Part shown: positions 1 through 9,706 of the stretch, in pieces
Layout: every line of letters starts with the position of its first letter
Numbering within the stretch: position 1 is the first letter of the stretch
Assembly (NCBI GenBank): GCA_963836075.1
Contig: CAWIIB010000009.1
Coordinates: forward strand, 1,664,001-1,728,000
DNA: 64,000 bases
Source of the DNA: an uncultured Acidobacteriota bacterium
GTDB taxonomy: Bacteria; Acidobacteriota; JAQAZP01
Reading direction: 5' to 3'
The notes under the pieces: generated by a model
What the model was told of the DNA's origin: nothing
The model's database searches: none
Seen by the model: the letters and a program-made list of their open reading frames with translations, nothing else
Translations under genes and position numbers: made by a program

Positions 1-116
1 CTCTTCAGGCCGTGGAGAAAGGAGAGGATCAGCAGGCGGGCCGGTTCGTGAACCAGCCGGTCCAGACGATTGACCGGATGGACCGGCGTGCGCTCCGAAT
101 CGTTACTCGTGCCCAT
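1..116 (-). CDS. Winged-helix transcriptional regulator (HTH_34/ArsR-MarR-like), N-terminus only; runs off the window
   Basis: Manual translation from ATG at 116: MGTSNDSERTPVHPVNRLDRLVHEPARLLILSFLHGLK. 'LDRLxHEPARLxI' is typical of this family. Overlaps the stop of the upstream membrane-protein gene. Confidence 0.7.
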   Translation of the reverse strand, partial: MGTSNDSERTPVHPVNRLDRLVHEPARLLILSFLHGLK

Positions 117-711
117 TGGTTTCCTCCTCATCAATCGGGTGGGTGCGGACGAACCTGCGGAAGAGGAACAGGCCGTTGCCGAAAACCAGGACGCCCATGG
201 CCAGGAGATAGACGCGCAGGCCCAGGTAGCTTCCACTTTGAACCAGCAGGGCCAGCAGGATCCCTCCGACGATTGAGACCAGGGCCAGCAGGTGGTAGCG
301 CAGCAGGCCGGACCGCCGGCCGGCGTAGACCAGGCCTCCACTGAACAGAACGCCGGCCAGGGCCGGCGACCAGCGCCGCCACTGGGACGGGTCACCGGCG
401 TTGCCCAGCACCAGCAGCACGAGGCCCAGCAGCACCACGGCGGAGATGCCGAAGATGGCGATGCCCCCCAGCAATCGGCCTGGCGGTTCGCCCTGCAGGT
501 CCACATAGCCGAGACGGGGCTCGATAAATCTGCGGCTGGCGGCCCGGTAGACCGGGCCGAGGAGCAGCAGCGGCACCAGGTAGAGCCAGGTCAGGGCCGG
601 CTTGTCGATCACCACCGCGGGGACGATGAAGAACGACGCGATAATCATGTCGGCCAGGCCACTCTGCATCGCTTCGCGGTAGGCCAGACGGTCGGCTGTT
701 TTTCCGTTCAT
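103..711 (-). CDS. Hypothetical integral membrane protein (about 6 TM helices)
   Basis: ORF 103..792 with start moved to ATG 711 (MNGKTAD...), which follows an AGGAGG RBS. Multiple hydrophobic stretches. Confidence 0.7.
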   Translation of the reverse strand: MNGKTADRLAYREAMQSGLADMIIASFFIVPAVVIDKPALTWLYLVPLLLLGPVYRAASRRFIEPRLGYVDLQGEPPGRLLGGIAIFGISAVVLLGLVLLVLGNAGDPSQWRRWSPALAGVLFSGGLVYAGRRSGLLRYHLLALVSIVGGILLALLVQSGSYLGLRVYLLAMGVLVFGNGLFLFRRFVRTHPIDEEETNGHE

Positions 712-773
712 GGCTGGTACCTCCTTCTTGCTGTCAATCGCCTCGGAAACGGCGCAGTTTGTGATGAATATCG

Positions 774-825
774 GTTTGTAATGCAAACTCATTTACAATA
801 TAGACTCTGGTCCATCTGTTGTCAA
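774..825 (-). promoter_or_regulatory. Sigma70-type promoter with a palindromic operator just downstream
   Basis: Minus strand TTGACA (825-820), 17-nt spacer, TATATT (802-797). Inverted repeat GTTTG-TAATG-CAAAC at 774-788 near the predicted start site is a plausible autoregulatory site for the wHTH regulator. Confidence 0.65.
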
Positions 826-965
826 GTCCACTCTGCAAACTGGCACTGGAATGCCGTCGTCGTGAAGAACCGAGCATTCGGGGGCGCGTCTCAACCAGCG
901 GCAGCCGCCGCTGAAGGTGATGGACGTCATCGGGCGGCCGGGTGGGGAGTAGTTGCCGGTTGTTT

Positions 966-2180
966 TCAGCCGGTCTTTGGCGGCAGCCTGAACTCGCCCA
1001 GCGTGATCGGCACGGCCACCTTGAGCATCAGGGTGAAGACAAGGAAGCCGAGGCTGAAGATGCCCACCGCCACCTGGATCTCGGTGGTGGAGGGGAAATA
1101 CTCGTAGATCTCGCCCAGGGTGTCGGGGGTCATCCCCGGGATGACCAGGGCCAGCCCCTTTTCGATGTAGACCCCGATGTAAATCAGCACGCAGCCGATG
1201 TTGAGGGTCACCCAGTTCCGGCGGGTGGCTGGAACGAGAAAGATCACCAGCGCCGCCAGGCTGAAGATCACCGAGAGCCAGGTCCAGGGCACGATGGCCC
1301 GGTGGCCCTCCAGACCGAAGAACATGTAGCGGGCGTGCACCAGGTGGTGGGTGTCGGAATAAAACTCCTTGAACACCTCGGCGCCGAAGAGGAAGAGGTT
1401 GAAGGCCATGGCATAGGCCATCAGTTCGGCGATCTTCCAGATCGCTTCGTCCTTGATTTCCAGCCGGGTGGTCCGGCGGAGGATCTGGAGCAGGATGAGC
1501 AGGATCGCCGGCCCGGAGCAGAAGGCTGAGGCGAGGAACTTCGGGGCCAGGATCGCCGAGTTCCAGAAGGGGCGGGCGGCCAGCCCGTTGTAGACGAAGG
1601 CGGTGACGGTGTGGATGCCGATGGCCGCCGGAATGGAGAGGATGATCAGCGGGTTGACGAATGAACCCTTGTGTTTGCGGTTGGTGTAGGAGCAGTAGAG
1701 CAGGTAGGTGACGATGAACAGATTGAGCGCCAGGTAGAGGTTGAGCACGATCACGTCCCAGGCAAGCAGCGAGTTGGGTACGTTCATCCGGCCAACAAAG
1801 GGGATCAGGTGCCAGAAGCGGTCCGGGCGGCCGATGTCGGAGATGACGAAACCGAGGCACATCACGATGGCGCTGATGGCCAGCAGTTCGCCGAAGATGG
1901 TGATCTCCTTGATCGGCTTCCAGTTGTAGATGTAGGCCGGGATGACCAGCAGTACCGCGGCCGCGGCCACGCCGACGAGGAAGGTGAAGTTGCCGATGTA
2001 GAAGGCCCAGGAGACCTGGTCCCGCATGTTGGTGGCCACCAGACCGCTGGAGAACTGGTCCACCAGACCGAAGATCCCCACCAGGATCAGGAGCAGCAGG
2101 GCCCCGATCCAGGCGTAGTAGGCCTTTCCGCCATGGATGATGCACTGGAAACTGCCGCCGATGAAGCGCAGAAAATTCAC
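966..2180 (-). CDS. NrfD/PsrC-family (DsrP/HmcC-like) quinone-interacting membrane subunit
   Basis: About 10 TM segments. Motifs 'VSWAFYIGNFTFLVGVAAAA', 'DIGRPDRFWH', 'SLLAWDV' and 'IHTVTAF' are typical of the family. Confidence 0.9.
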   Translation of the reverse strand: MNFLRFIGGSFQCIIHGGKAYYAWIGALLLLILVGIFGLVDQFSSGLVATNMRDQVSWAFYIGNFTFLVGVAAAAVLLVIPAYIYNWKPIKEITIFGELLAISAIVMCLGFVISDIGRPDRFWHLIPFVGRMNVPNSLLAWDVIVLNLYLALNLFIVTYLLYCSYTNRKHKGSFVNPLIILSIPAAIGIHTVTAFVYNGLAARPFWNSAILAPKFLASAFCSGPAILLILLQILRRTTRLEIKDEAIWKIAELMAYAMAFNLFLFGAEVFKEFYSDTHHLVHARYMFFGLEGHRAIVPWTWLSVIFSLAALVIFLVPATRRNWVTLNIGCVLIYIGVYIEKGLALVIPGMTPDTLGEIYEYFPSTTEIQVAVGIFSLGFLVFTLMLKVAVPITLGEFRLPPKTG

Positions 2181-2198
2181 CGGGCGTTCCTCCCCTGA

Positions 2199-3104
2199 TC
2201 AGGTCCCGTAGAAGTAGTAGAACTTGGGCTGGGTGTTCAGCTCTTCCTTGAACACCAGCACCCGCTTGTTTTCCAGCACGTAGCGGATCTCGCTCTCCGG
2301 GTCCAGCAGGTTGCCGAACTTGCGTGCGCCCACCGGACAGACCTCAACACAGGCCGGGTAGCGGCCGTTTCTCACCCGCTTGACGCAGAAAGTGCATTTC
2401 TCCACCGTGCCCACCGGCCGTACCCGGTTGCCCAGGAAGTGGGTCTCGGGGTTGTATTCCCCGGAAGGCACCGAGGGTGTGGCCCAGTTGAAGTGCCGGG
2501 CGCCGTAGGGGCAGGCCGCCATGCAGTAGCGGCAGCCGATACACCAGTCGTAGTCCACCAGCACGATTCCGTCCTGGTCGGTCCAGGTGGCGCCCACCGG
2601 GCAGACGGTGGTGCACTGGGGGTTGCGGCACTGCTGGCAGGCCACCGGCATGTAGAAGTGGCCTTCCCGGGGCACCTCCTCCGGGTCGTAGTAGGCGTTG
2701 GCCTCGTGGAGGTTGACCCCCTCCTCCTTGGACATCTCCAGCACCCGGATCAGGTGCAGCTGCGGGTCGCGGGAGCAGTTGTTTTCCTCAACGCAGCCGT
2801 AGACACAGCGCCGGCAGCCGATACAGCGGGAGAGGTCGAGACCGTAGCCGTAGAGCACGTCCTCCATGGGCGGTTCGGCGGTCACCGAGACGGCCCTGCC
2901 GAAACGCTCGCTGTGCTGGCGCTGGAGACGGTCCAGCACCTGGGCCAGTTCCTCGCGGGTCATCTCGCGGAAGTGCTGTTGCAGGAACTGCTCGCGGGTG
3001 TCCCGGTCACAGGAGGCCAGGGCCAGGCCGCCCGAGGCCAGGGCGGCGGTGCGCAGGAAGCCGCGCCGTGAAATGCTGCGCCCGGCTGGTGGTGTTTTCT
3101 TCAA
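2199..3104 (-). CDS. NrfC/DsrO-like 4Fe-4S dicluster protein, Tat-exported
   Basis: Twin-arginine SRRGFL. Cys motifs CIGCRRCVYGC, CQQCRNPQCTTVCP, CIGCRYCMAACP and KCTFC...CVEVCP. Confidence 0.92.
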   Translation of the reverse strand: MKKTPPAGRSISRRGFLRTAALASGGLALASCDRDTREQFLQQHFREMTREELAQVLDRLQRQHSERFGRAVSVTAEPPMEDVLYGYGLDLSRCIGCRRCVYGCVEENNCSRDPQLHLIRVLEMSKEEGVNLHEANAYYDPEEVPREGHFYMPVACQQCRNPQCTTVCPVGATWTDQDGIVLVDYDWCIGCRYCMAACPYGARHFNWATPSVPSGEYNPETHFLGNRVRPVGTVEKCTFCVKRVRNGRYPACVEVCPVGARKFGNLLDPESEIRYVLENKRVLVFKEELNTQPKFYYFYGT

Positions 3105-3697
3105 CGCAGGTTCTCCGGCCTTACTGGCGGTGGCATCGGTTCCAGCGGCTTGAAGCGCGGCGCGTGCGGGTCGTGGCAGTGGACGCAGAGCAGATACTGC
3201 TTGTCACCCCGCCAGTGGCCGGTCCGCTTGCCGTGCACCCCGGCCCGCCAGTCGCGGATCTTCGGGCCGTGGCACTGGCCGCAGAGCCGGTACGACTCGG
3301 TGAACTCCACCGGTTCGCCGCTGGCCAGCCGCAGCACGTCACGGTTTCCGGCATCGTGGCAGTCGAGGCACCAGCGGTGCTCCTCGTCGTGCTGCAGCAC
3401 GATCTCGGTGTGTTCCTCGATCAGCTCCCGCCGCTCGCGGTTCACCTCCATGTCCTCGTGGCACATGCTGCAGGGGAAGTAGTCCGATAGCGGCGGGGGT
3501 GGAACCTCGTATTCCCTCCCCTCACCGGCAGGGGTGGTCGCTGCGCTCACCACCTGTTCTGTCTCTCCAGGCTCGGACGAATCCGATGCGTCGAGGGGCC
3601 CGGGAATGGAAAGGAGCAAGGCAAGCAGAATGACCAGGCACACCATGGCCAGCGAGGAGCGGTCCCGTCGGTCACCGTGTATGCCTGTTGTGTGCAT
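3101..3697 (-). CDS. Periplasmic tetraheme cytochrome c
   Basis: N-terminal signal/TM segment and four CxxCH (CSMCH, CLDCH, CGQCH, CVHCH). Its stop overlaps the start of the Fe-S gene. Confidence 0.88.
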   Translation of the reverse strand: MHTTGIHGDRRDRSSLAMVCLVILLALLLSIPGPLDASDSSEPGETEQVVSAATTPAGEGREYEVPPPPLSDYFPCSMCHEDMEVNRERRELIEEHTEIVLQHDEEHRWCLDCHDAGNRDVLRLASGEPVEFTESYRLCGQCHGPKIRDWRAGVHGKRTGHWRGDKQYLLCVHCHDPHAPRFKPLEPMPPPVRPENLR

Positions 3698-3876
3698 CGG
3701 TCACTTTGAAACGGGCCGAATCCTCGGGGATGGCCGGCCAGGGTTGTGGTGCGGGAAGATCGCGTTTTCGACAATACCCTTAGGCAATATAGCATTCAGG
3801 TTTGGTCAGCGCAATTCATGCCCCTCGCCACTGGTCAGTGGGCAGCCTATCGTGGGTCAGCAGGCCGGACAGGACC

Positions 3877-5704
3877 TCACACAAACTCGTGGCAGTCGGT
3901 GCAGGCGTCCGGTGCGTAGTGCTCGTCCTCGAAGCCCCCGGGGTCGTGGCACTCGCTGCAGATTCCGCGCCCCTCCACCGTCCAGTGGTGGGGCCGGTGG
4001 CAGTCGATGCACACCAGGTCGGGGTGGCCGCCGGCGTTGTGATCCCCGCCCAGCTCGTCGTGACAGCTGGAGCAGTCCTCCATCGGGGTCAGCGAACCCG
4101 GTTCGAGGTGACAGTCGGTGCAGGCCATCTCCCACATCGGCGTGTCGGCCTCGCTTTCGTGGCAGTTGGAGCACTGCGGTGAGGGCCGGACCCCCCGGCT
4201 GTGGCAGGCGGTGCACTGCATGTTTGCGTGCTTGCCGGTCAGCAGCATGGGGTGCCAGTTGTCCGACGATGCCTCGGGCGCCATGGCTCCCAGCGGTTTC
4301 AGCTCGCTGCGCGTGGGCATGGTGTGGCAGATGGTGCACTCGTGGCTGAGGACCTTTCCGTCGGGTGTGGCGTGCTTGCCGTCATGGCAGCGGAAACAGC
4401 CGGGCCAGTTGCGGTGGCCGATATTCATCGGATAGGTTGTCCAGTCGACGTTCATCTCGGGGAAGACGGTACGGTCGTAGATCGCCAGCACCATCTCCAC
4501 GGCCTGGTTGATCTCCACGGACCGGCTGCGGTAGAGCTCGGCGTATTCGGTGGCATAGAAGTTGAAGATGGCGTCACGGATGCCTTCCCTGGCTTTGTCT
4601 CGCGTTTCATAGGGTGTTTCCAGCGCTTCCACCGCCACCTTCTTGACCCAGGGCAGGTCCCGGGGAATGTGCTCGTTGTAGAGGGCCATGTCCACCGACC
4701 GGTCGGGGGGCATGAAGCGGTGGGAGGGCCGGTTGTGGCAGTCGATGCAGTCCATATCGCCGGCGCGGCAGCGCATCCGATCTCTTCCGCTGTCAGGATC
4801 CGTGTCCAGCGAGACGTGTATTCGCGCATCTTCGCCGTGTTTCCCCTGCACGCTGAACCAGGGGATGTTCTGCTGCTGCGGGTCGGCCGTGGCATAGGTG
4901 ATGGTGTTGTTGACGATCATGTGCCAGTGGATGCCGTCGCTCTGTCCCAGGGTGGAGGAGCCGCCGCCGGTTTTCATGATCAGGCTGATCTGGTCGTTGG
5001 TGTTCTCTTCGTCATACCTGAAGTAGGGGATCTGCAGCAGTTGGGCCCCGTAGAACTTCTCCGGCCAGTGGCACTCCTCGCAGGTCTCCCGCGCCGGACG
5101 GAGGTGTTTGATCGGGGTGGGGATCGGCGTGGTGTAGTTGTTGAGGATCGTCCGGCTAACCATGTGCGTCCCGGAGAGTTTCGACTTGACGTAGAAGGAC
5201 GTGCCCGGGCCAACGTGGCACTCGACGCACTTCACCCGGGCGTGGGGCGAGTGCTGGTAGGCGGTGTATTCGGGCTCCATCACCACGTGACAGAGCAGGC
5301 CGCAGAAGCGGTTCGACTCGGTGAACAGGAAGCCGTTGTAGCCCACGAAGCAGAGCAGAACGCAAACCAGCAGAATAATCACCGAGATGATACTGAATTT
5401 GCGTCGCTGCCTGCGGTCGTTCAGGTCGAGCTCTGGGGTAGGGCAGCGCGTCGGTGGTTCCGGTCCGCTTGCGCCGCCGGCTTTCCAGCCTCGTTCCAAT
5501 CAGGATGACCAGCACACCGAAGAGAATGATCGAGGGGAAGACCATGTAGCTGAAGATGCCGAGATAGGGGCTGGACGTGATGCCGCTTATCACCACGACG
5601 GTGGACAGGAGGGTGAGCAGTGCTCCGCCGAAGGTGATGATGATTCCGATGTAACTGATTGTATTGCGGTGGAGGCCGGTTCCCTTTTTTCGTGCGCTGG
5701 TCAT
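3877..5704 (-). CDS. ImcH-like / NapC-NirT-family inner-membrane multiheme cytochrome c (13 heme motifs); frameshifted in the assembly
   Basis: ORF 5156..5704 (two TM helices, ends ...DALPYPR) joins ORF 3877..5499 (LDLND..., third TM helix) by removing one base near 5432. NapC signature 'TESNRFCGLLCHVVMEPEY..YQHSPH..V.CVECH'. One CxxxCH plus 12 CxxCH. More small indels at about 4755-4832. Confidence 0.85.
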
Positions 5705-5826
5705 GGGTGCGAATCCCCCTCCCCGGTCAAGTCTCGTTTGAGTTCATTCTGTTTACATTTCAGATGAAAGGTGAGTTAGACTATGTTTATTATCTTCTTT
5801 CGGGTTTCTTTGCAAGGGTGCTTTGA

Positions 5827-7569
5827 ATGCAGCGAATACTTTTTGTCTCTGACGGGCGGAGCGGGTTAAGCCTGCTGGCCAAGTCCATGGCCGAGGAAGT
5901 TGCCGGTGATCGATACATCATCGATTGCGTGGTGACCGACACCGAAGAAGCCCATCCATTGGTCCGGGACGTCCTGGAATACATGAACCTCCAGACGGCG
6001 GCGCCATGCCGCAAGCTGTTCGCGGTGCGGGACCTTGCCGACGCTCACATGGTGATATCCTTCGATCACGAGCACGAGCAGACCTGGGGTTCCCTCCCCG
6101 GGTCGGCCACCATTCTGCACTGGGACATCGGCCTGGATCTGGACAGCGGGATCACCCCGGCGGAGCTGCTGGAAAAATACCATGACATCCGCCGGGTCAT
6201 CCGGCACCACATCACCGAGCTGTTCCGGGACCAGTGTCTGACGGTCTACATCCGCAGCCAGCAGAAGTGGATGCGCTATTTCGAATCCATCGACATCGGA
6301 ATCGTGGTCCACGACAGGAACCGCATCATCACCTATTTCAACCGCCACGCCGAAGAGGTGCTGAAATACTCGCGGGACGAAGTTCTGGGACAGGACTGTC
6401 ACGAGCTGTTCCCCTGGCGCCTCTGCGGAGAAAAATGCGCTTTTTGCGACATGAACGAGGATGTGAAGGACAACCTGTGGTACACCCGGGACGTTCAGCG
6501 GAAGGACGGCAAGCTGCGCCACGTGGAGATCAACCTCCTGCCGCTCAGGGGTGAACAGGGGGAATCCCTGGGGGCGATGGTTTCGTTCCGGGATTTCACT
6601 CACCGCATGCACGTGGAGAAGAAATTCGACGAGATCAAGCACTACATGGGCATTGTAGGCCAGACCCCGGAGATGATGCAGGTGTTCGATTCGATCCGCG
6701 ACGTGGGCCCCACTGACGTCACCACTCTCATCCAGGGTGAAAGCGGCACCGGGAAGGAACTGGTGGCCGAGGCGCTGTACAAGATCAGCGGCCGGTCCTC
6801 CCGGCCGTTTGTCGTGGTCAATTGCGGCGCCCTCCCCGAGGGCCTGCTGGAAACCGAACTCTTCGGCCACGTCAAGGGCGCCTTCACCGGGGCCATCCGG
6901 GACAAGATGGGCCGGTTCGAGATGGCGAACAAGGGCACCATCTTTCTCGATGAGGTGGGAGAACTGAGCCCGGCGATGCAGGTCAGGCTGCTCCGGGTTC
7001 TGGAGAACGGCACCTTCGAGAGCGTGGGAGGCGAGAAAACCATCCGGGTGGATGTCCGGGTAATCAGCGCCACCAACCGCAACCTCGAGGAGCGGGTGCG
7101 CCTGCACCGGTTTCGTGAGGACCTGTTCTACCGGCTCTGCGGCTTTATCATCAACCTGCCGCCGTTGCGTGACCGTCTGGAGGATGTCTCCCCCCTGGCC
7201 GAGCTCTTTCTGCAGGATGCCTCCTCACGGCTGGGTCAGCGAGCGGTGTACGACCAGACCTTTCTCCAGTCCCTAAGCCAGTTTACCTGGCCGGGCAATG
7301 TGCGGCAGCTGCAGAACAGTATGCAGTATGCCATCATCAAGGGCCGGGGCCAGCCGCTGAACCTCAGCCACCTTCCCCCCGAGCTGGTTCGCAGCAAGAT
7401 TCCGGCCACTACGGCCAGAAAGCCGGGCCGGCCCCAGAAACTTTCCGAACAGCTGGTTCGGGACGCCATGGAAGAGTCCATGGGCAACAAGGCCCAGGCC
7501 GCCCAGCTGCTGGGCGTCAGTCGCGCCACCCTCTATCGCTTCCTCAATATCAGCCGGACCAGCGGGTAG
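5827..7569 (+). CDS. Sigma54-dependent enhancer-binding protein (degenerate ArsC/LMW-PTP-like domain + PAS + AAA+ + Fis-type HTH)
   Basis: Walker A GESGTGKE, GAFTGA loop, 'FLDEVGE', 'FREDLFYRL', 'WPGNVRQL' and C-terminal 'AAQLLGVSRATLYR'. PAS segment 'IVVHDRNRIITYFNRHAEEVL'. Confidence 0.93.
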   Translation: MQRILFVSDGRSGLSLLAKSMAEEVAGDRYIIDCVVTDTEEAHPLVRDVLEYMNLQTAAPCRKLFAVRDLADAHMVISFDHEHEQTWGSLPGSATILHWDIGLDLDSGITPAELLEKYHDIRRVIRHHITELFRDQCLTVYIRSQQKWMRYFESIDIGIVVHDRNRIITYFNRHAEEVLKYSRDEVLGQDCHELFPWRLCGEKCAFCDMNEDVKDNLWYTRDVQRKDGKLRHVEINLLPLRGEQGESLGAMVSFRDFTHRMHVEKKFDEIKHYMGIVGQTPEMMQVFDSIRDVGPTDVTTLIQGESGTGKELVAEALYKISGRSSRPFVVVNCGALPEGLLETELFGHVKGAFTGAIRDKMGRFEMANKGTIFLDEVGELSPAMQVRLLRVLENGTFESVGGEKTIRVDVRVISATNRNLEERVRLHRFREDLFYRLCGFIINLPPLRDRLEDVSPLAELFLQDASSRLGQRAVYDQTFLQSLSQFTWPGNVRQLQNSMQYAIIKGRGQPLNLSHLPPELVRSKIPATTARKPGRPQKLSEQLVRDAMEESMGNKAQAAQLLGVSRATLYRFLNISRTSG

Positions 7570-7586
7570 ATTCGAAGTGTATCGAA

Positions 7587-7618
7587 ACACAATTGTGACA
7601 ATTGTGTATTGTAATACA
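7587..7618. promoter_or_regulatory. Palindromic candidate activator sites in an AT-rich intergenic region
   Basis: Perfect inverted repeat ACACAATTGT-G-ACAATTGTGT (7587-7607) overlapping TGTATT-GT-AATACA (7605-7618), about 410-440 bp upstream of the sigma54 site. Confidence 0.4.
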
Positions 7619-8027
7619 TCTGGATCAAGTGCAAATTCCATTTTGATCAACAAATTCAGTTGTTCTCGATCTGATCTATTTTTTCTATAGATTATAGTGG
7701 TGTATAGTTAATCGAGTGATGTAGGGAAGGAATGTACGATTTGATGGCAATGAATGTCTTTCGCTGTATCAAAAAAGATAATTAATGGACTGTACATCTC
7801 GATTGTCTCGGATCTCTTCCGGTTTCATCTTCCACCAGCACGTCACCAGTTGCGGCAATATCCAATAAGCATATTGTTTTCATACTATTAGTATGGGTTT
7901 GCGCGCCTTGCCTGACCTCGGGATTTTTGCCGGAACTATGTCTGAAAACTGGTTGTACCGCTGGTGTGGAAGTCCGTTGCCAGGTGCCTGGACCAGATTC
8001 TCCCTGTTCTGGTTCGAAATGTGAAAG

Positions 8028-8043
8028 TGGCACGAAGTATGCT
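8028..8043 (+). promoter_or_regulatory. Sigma54 (-24/-12) promoter upstream of the OmcS-like gene
   Basis: TGGCACGAAGTATGCT matches TGGCAC-N5-(T/A)TGC with exact GG-N10-GC spacing. The adjacent gene encodes a sigma54 activator. Confidence 0.75.
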
Positions 8044-8323
8044 TTACCTATAGCTCCGGTAGTGAATTGATCGCTTTCAGCAGGGGGTTTTGATACACCT
8101 CCGGCGATCGTTCTGTTTTTTGTCTTATGAACGGGTGACAGGGTCAGAAACAGCAAGCAGTTGGTGCTTCAGATTTCTCAGGACCAGTCAGGAAACTGCT
8201 TCCGGCGAAAGGGGGTGTTGGAGCTCAAGCGAGGAAGTTCATGCAGGCCAAGTTGGGATACAGAATCCTGAAAGTACCTGATCAAAATTGAGAGATCAGA
8301 CCTGAATTTAAAAACACTAGGGG

Positions 8324-9403
8324 ATGATGATGAGATCTTACCGAATTCTTCTACTTTGCCTCTCGATCGCACTGTTCGCACTGGCCGGTTCGCCGGTCCT
8401 CGCGTTCCATGATGCCGGTGTGGCCCACTGTAACGGTTGCCATACCATGCACAACAGCCCGGACAACCCGGCCGACTCCGCGGCCGGTAACCAGCACCTG
8501 CTCAAGCAGTCCAACTCCACCGACGTCTGCTCCTCCTGCCACGACACCTCGTACGGCAACACCTGGGGCGCGGACCCGGCGGCTCCCGGCAACATTTACG
8601 GCGGCGGCCAGTTCATCTTCCTCACCGAGGACAACCTGAACGACGGTCACAGCGGCAGCGACCCCGCCAACTGGATTCCCGGTCACCAGGCCGGTCACAG
8701 CGTGATTTCGCTGGACAAGAGCACCGTTGTTGACCCGGTCAACTCCACCGCGCCCGGCGGGACCTATCTCTCGGCGTACATGCACTGCACGTCGTGCCAC
8801 GACCCGCACGGCCGGGGCGGTCACTTCCGCCTGCTCTACGGCAACGACTACCCCGACAGTCATGCCATGGGGTACGTGTTCAACTTCACCAGCCCCGCGC
8901 CCACGGCTGAGGGGACGTCATTCTTCGGACCCGGTGAGGCCAACAACCGTCACACCGCCTTCCAGTCCGGGATGAGCGAGTGGTGCGGCAACTGCCACGG
9001 TGACTACCACAACACGTCTTTCCCCACCGTGCTCGTGCACCCCTCCGGTGCCGCTCTGGGAGCCACCATCTCCGTGAACTACAACCTCTATGAGGGCTCC
9101 GGCAACTACACCGGTGACGGCTCCGATGCCTACCTCGCCATGGTTCCCTTCGAAGACGCGACGATGACCACCGACTATGTCGGCGCCGCTTCCGGTACTT
9201 CCCGGGTGATGTGCCTGACCTGCCACCGCGCGCACGCCTCCTCGGGCCCCAACGCCGGCCGGTGGGATTTCAACGTCACCATCTGGGAGGAAGAGGGCGT
9301 GGAATCCGGCTCCTACGCCATTCCCAACCCCTACGACTCCACCTCGGGAACCCATCAGCGGTCCATGTGCAACAAGTGCCACATGAAGGACCCCGAAGTC
9401 TGA
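8324..9403 (+). CDS. omcS: OmcS-family hexaheme cytochrome c (nanowire-forming type)
   Basis: Sec signal ending VLA, then FHDAGVAHCNGCHTMHNS (cf. OmcS FHSGGVAECEGCHTMHNS). Six CxxCH. 'MSEWCGNCH', 'CLTCHRAHAS' and C-terminal 'QRSMCNKCHMKD' match OmcS hallmarks. Confidence 0.88.
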   Translation: MMMRSYRILLLCLSIALFALAGSPVLAFHDAGVAHCNGCHTMHNSPDNPADSAAGNQHLLKQSNSTDVCSSCHDTSYGNTWGADPAAPGNIYGGGQFIFLTEDNLNDGHSGSDPANWIPGHQAGHSVISLDKSTVVDPVNSTAPGGTYLSAYMHCTSCHDPHGRGGHFRLLYGNDYPDSHAMGYVFNFTSPAPTAEGTSFFGPGEANNRHTAFQSGMSEWCGNCHGDYHNTSFPTVLVHPSGAALGATISVNYNLYEGSGNYTGDGSDAYLAMVPFEDATMTTDYVGAASGTSRVMCLTCHRAHASSGPNAGRWDFNVTIWEEEGVESGSYAIPNPYDSTSGTHQRSMCNKCHMKDPEV

Positions 9404-9428
9404 TTCGTTCCTTAAATGTATGAGCTGT

Positions 9429-9470
9429 AAAAGACAGGGCAGGCACAGTGCCTGTCCTGTCTTTTTTTTT
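9429..9470 (+). terminator. Intrinsic terminator after the omcS-like gene
   Basis: Stem AAGACAGGGCAGGCA / TGCCTGTCCTGTCTT (one G-U pair) running into a T9 tract. Confidence 0.85.
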
Positions 9471-9706
9471 CTGGCAACCTTCGTGGTGCCAATTGCCCCG
9501 CCCGGGGCACTGTTCCCCGTCCAGCCTGATTGCCGCTGGACAGGCTCCGGCGCTCCTTCCGGCTGTCGATGGCCCCCTGCTGCTCACGCCGACGGGCAGT
9601 GCCTGGCAGCAGGGATTCCGGCTTTACACCGCACCCCGGTTCACGTAGGCTCGAAACCATCAAGCCGCCGGAGGAGAGGGATGCCCAGTTCCGGACCGGG
9701 GATGCC

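Noticed and set aside
841-855. TGGCAC...TGC sigma54-like sites at 841 and near 3810 and 9480
   Set aside because: They have wrong GG-to-GC spacing, a poor consensus, or an orientation with no downstream gene.
966-3697. Possible dsrJOP / sulfate-reduction genes
   Set aside because: The subunits are DsrP/DsrO-like, but dsrMK and dsrAB are absent from the window and the cytochrome has four hemes. A generic NrfCD-type (Cbc-like) quinone module is the safer call.
8055-8323. GEMM-I cyclic-dinucleotide riboswitch upstream of omcS
   Set aside because: The expected conserved GEMM-I segments could not be found by eye. It is not called without a covariance-model search.
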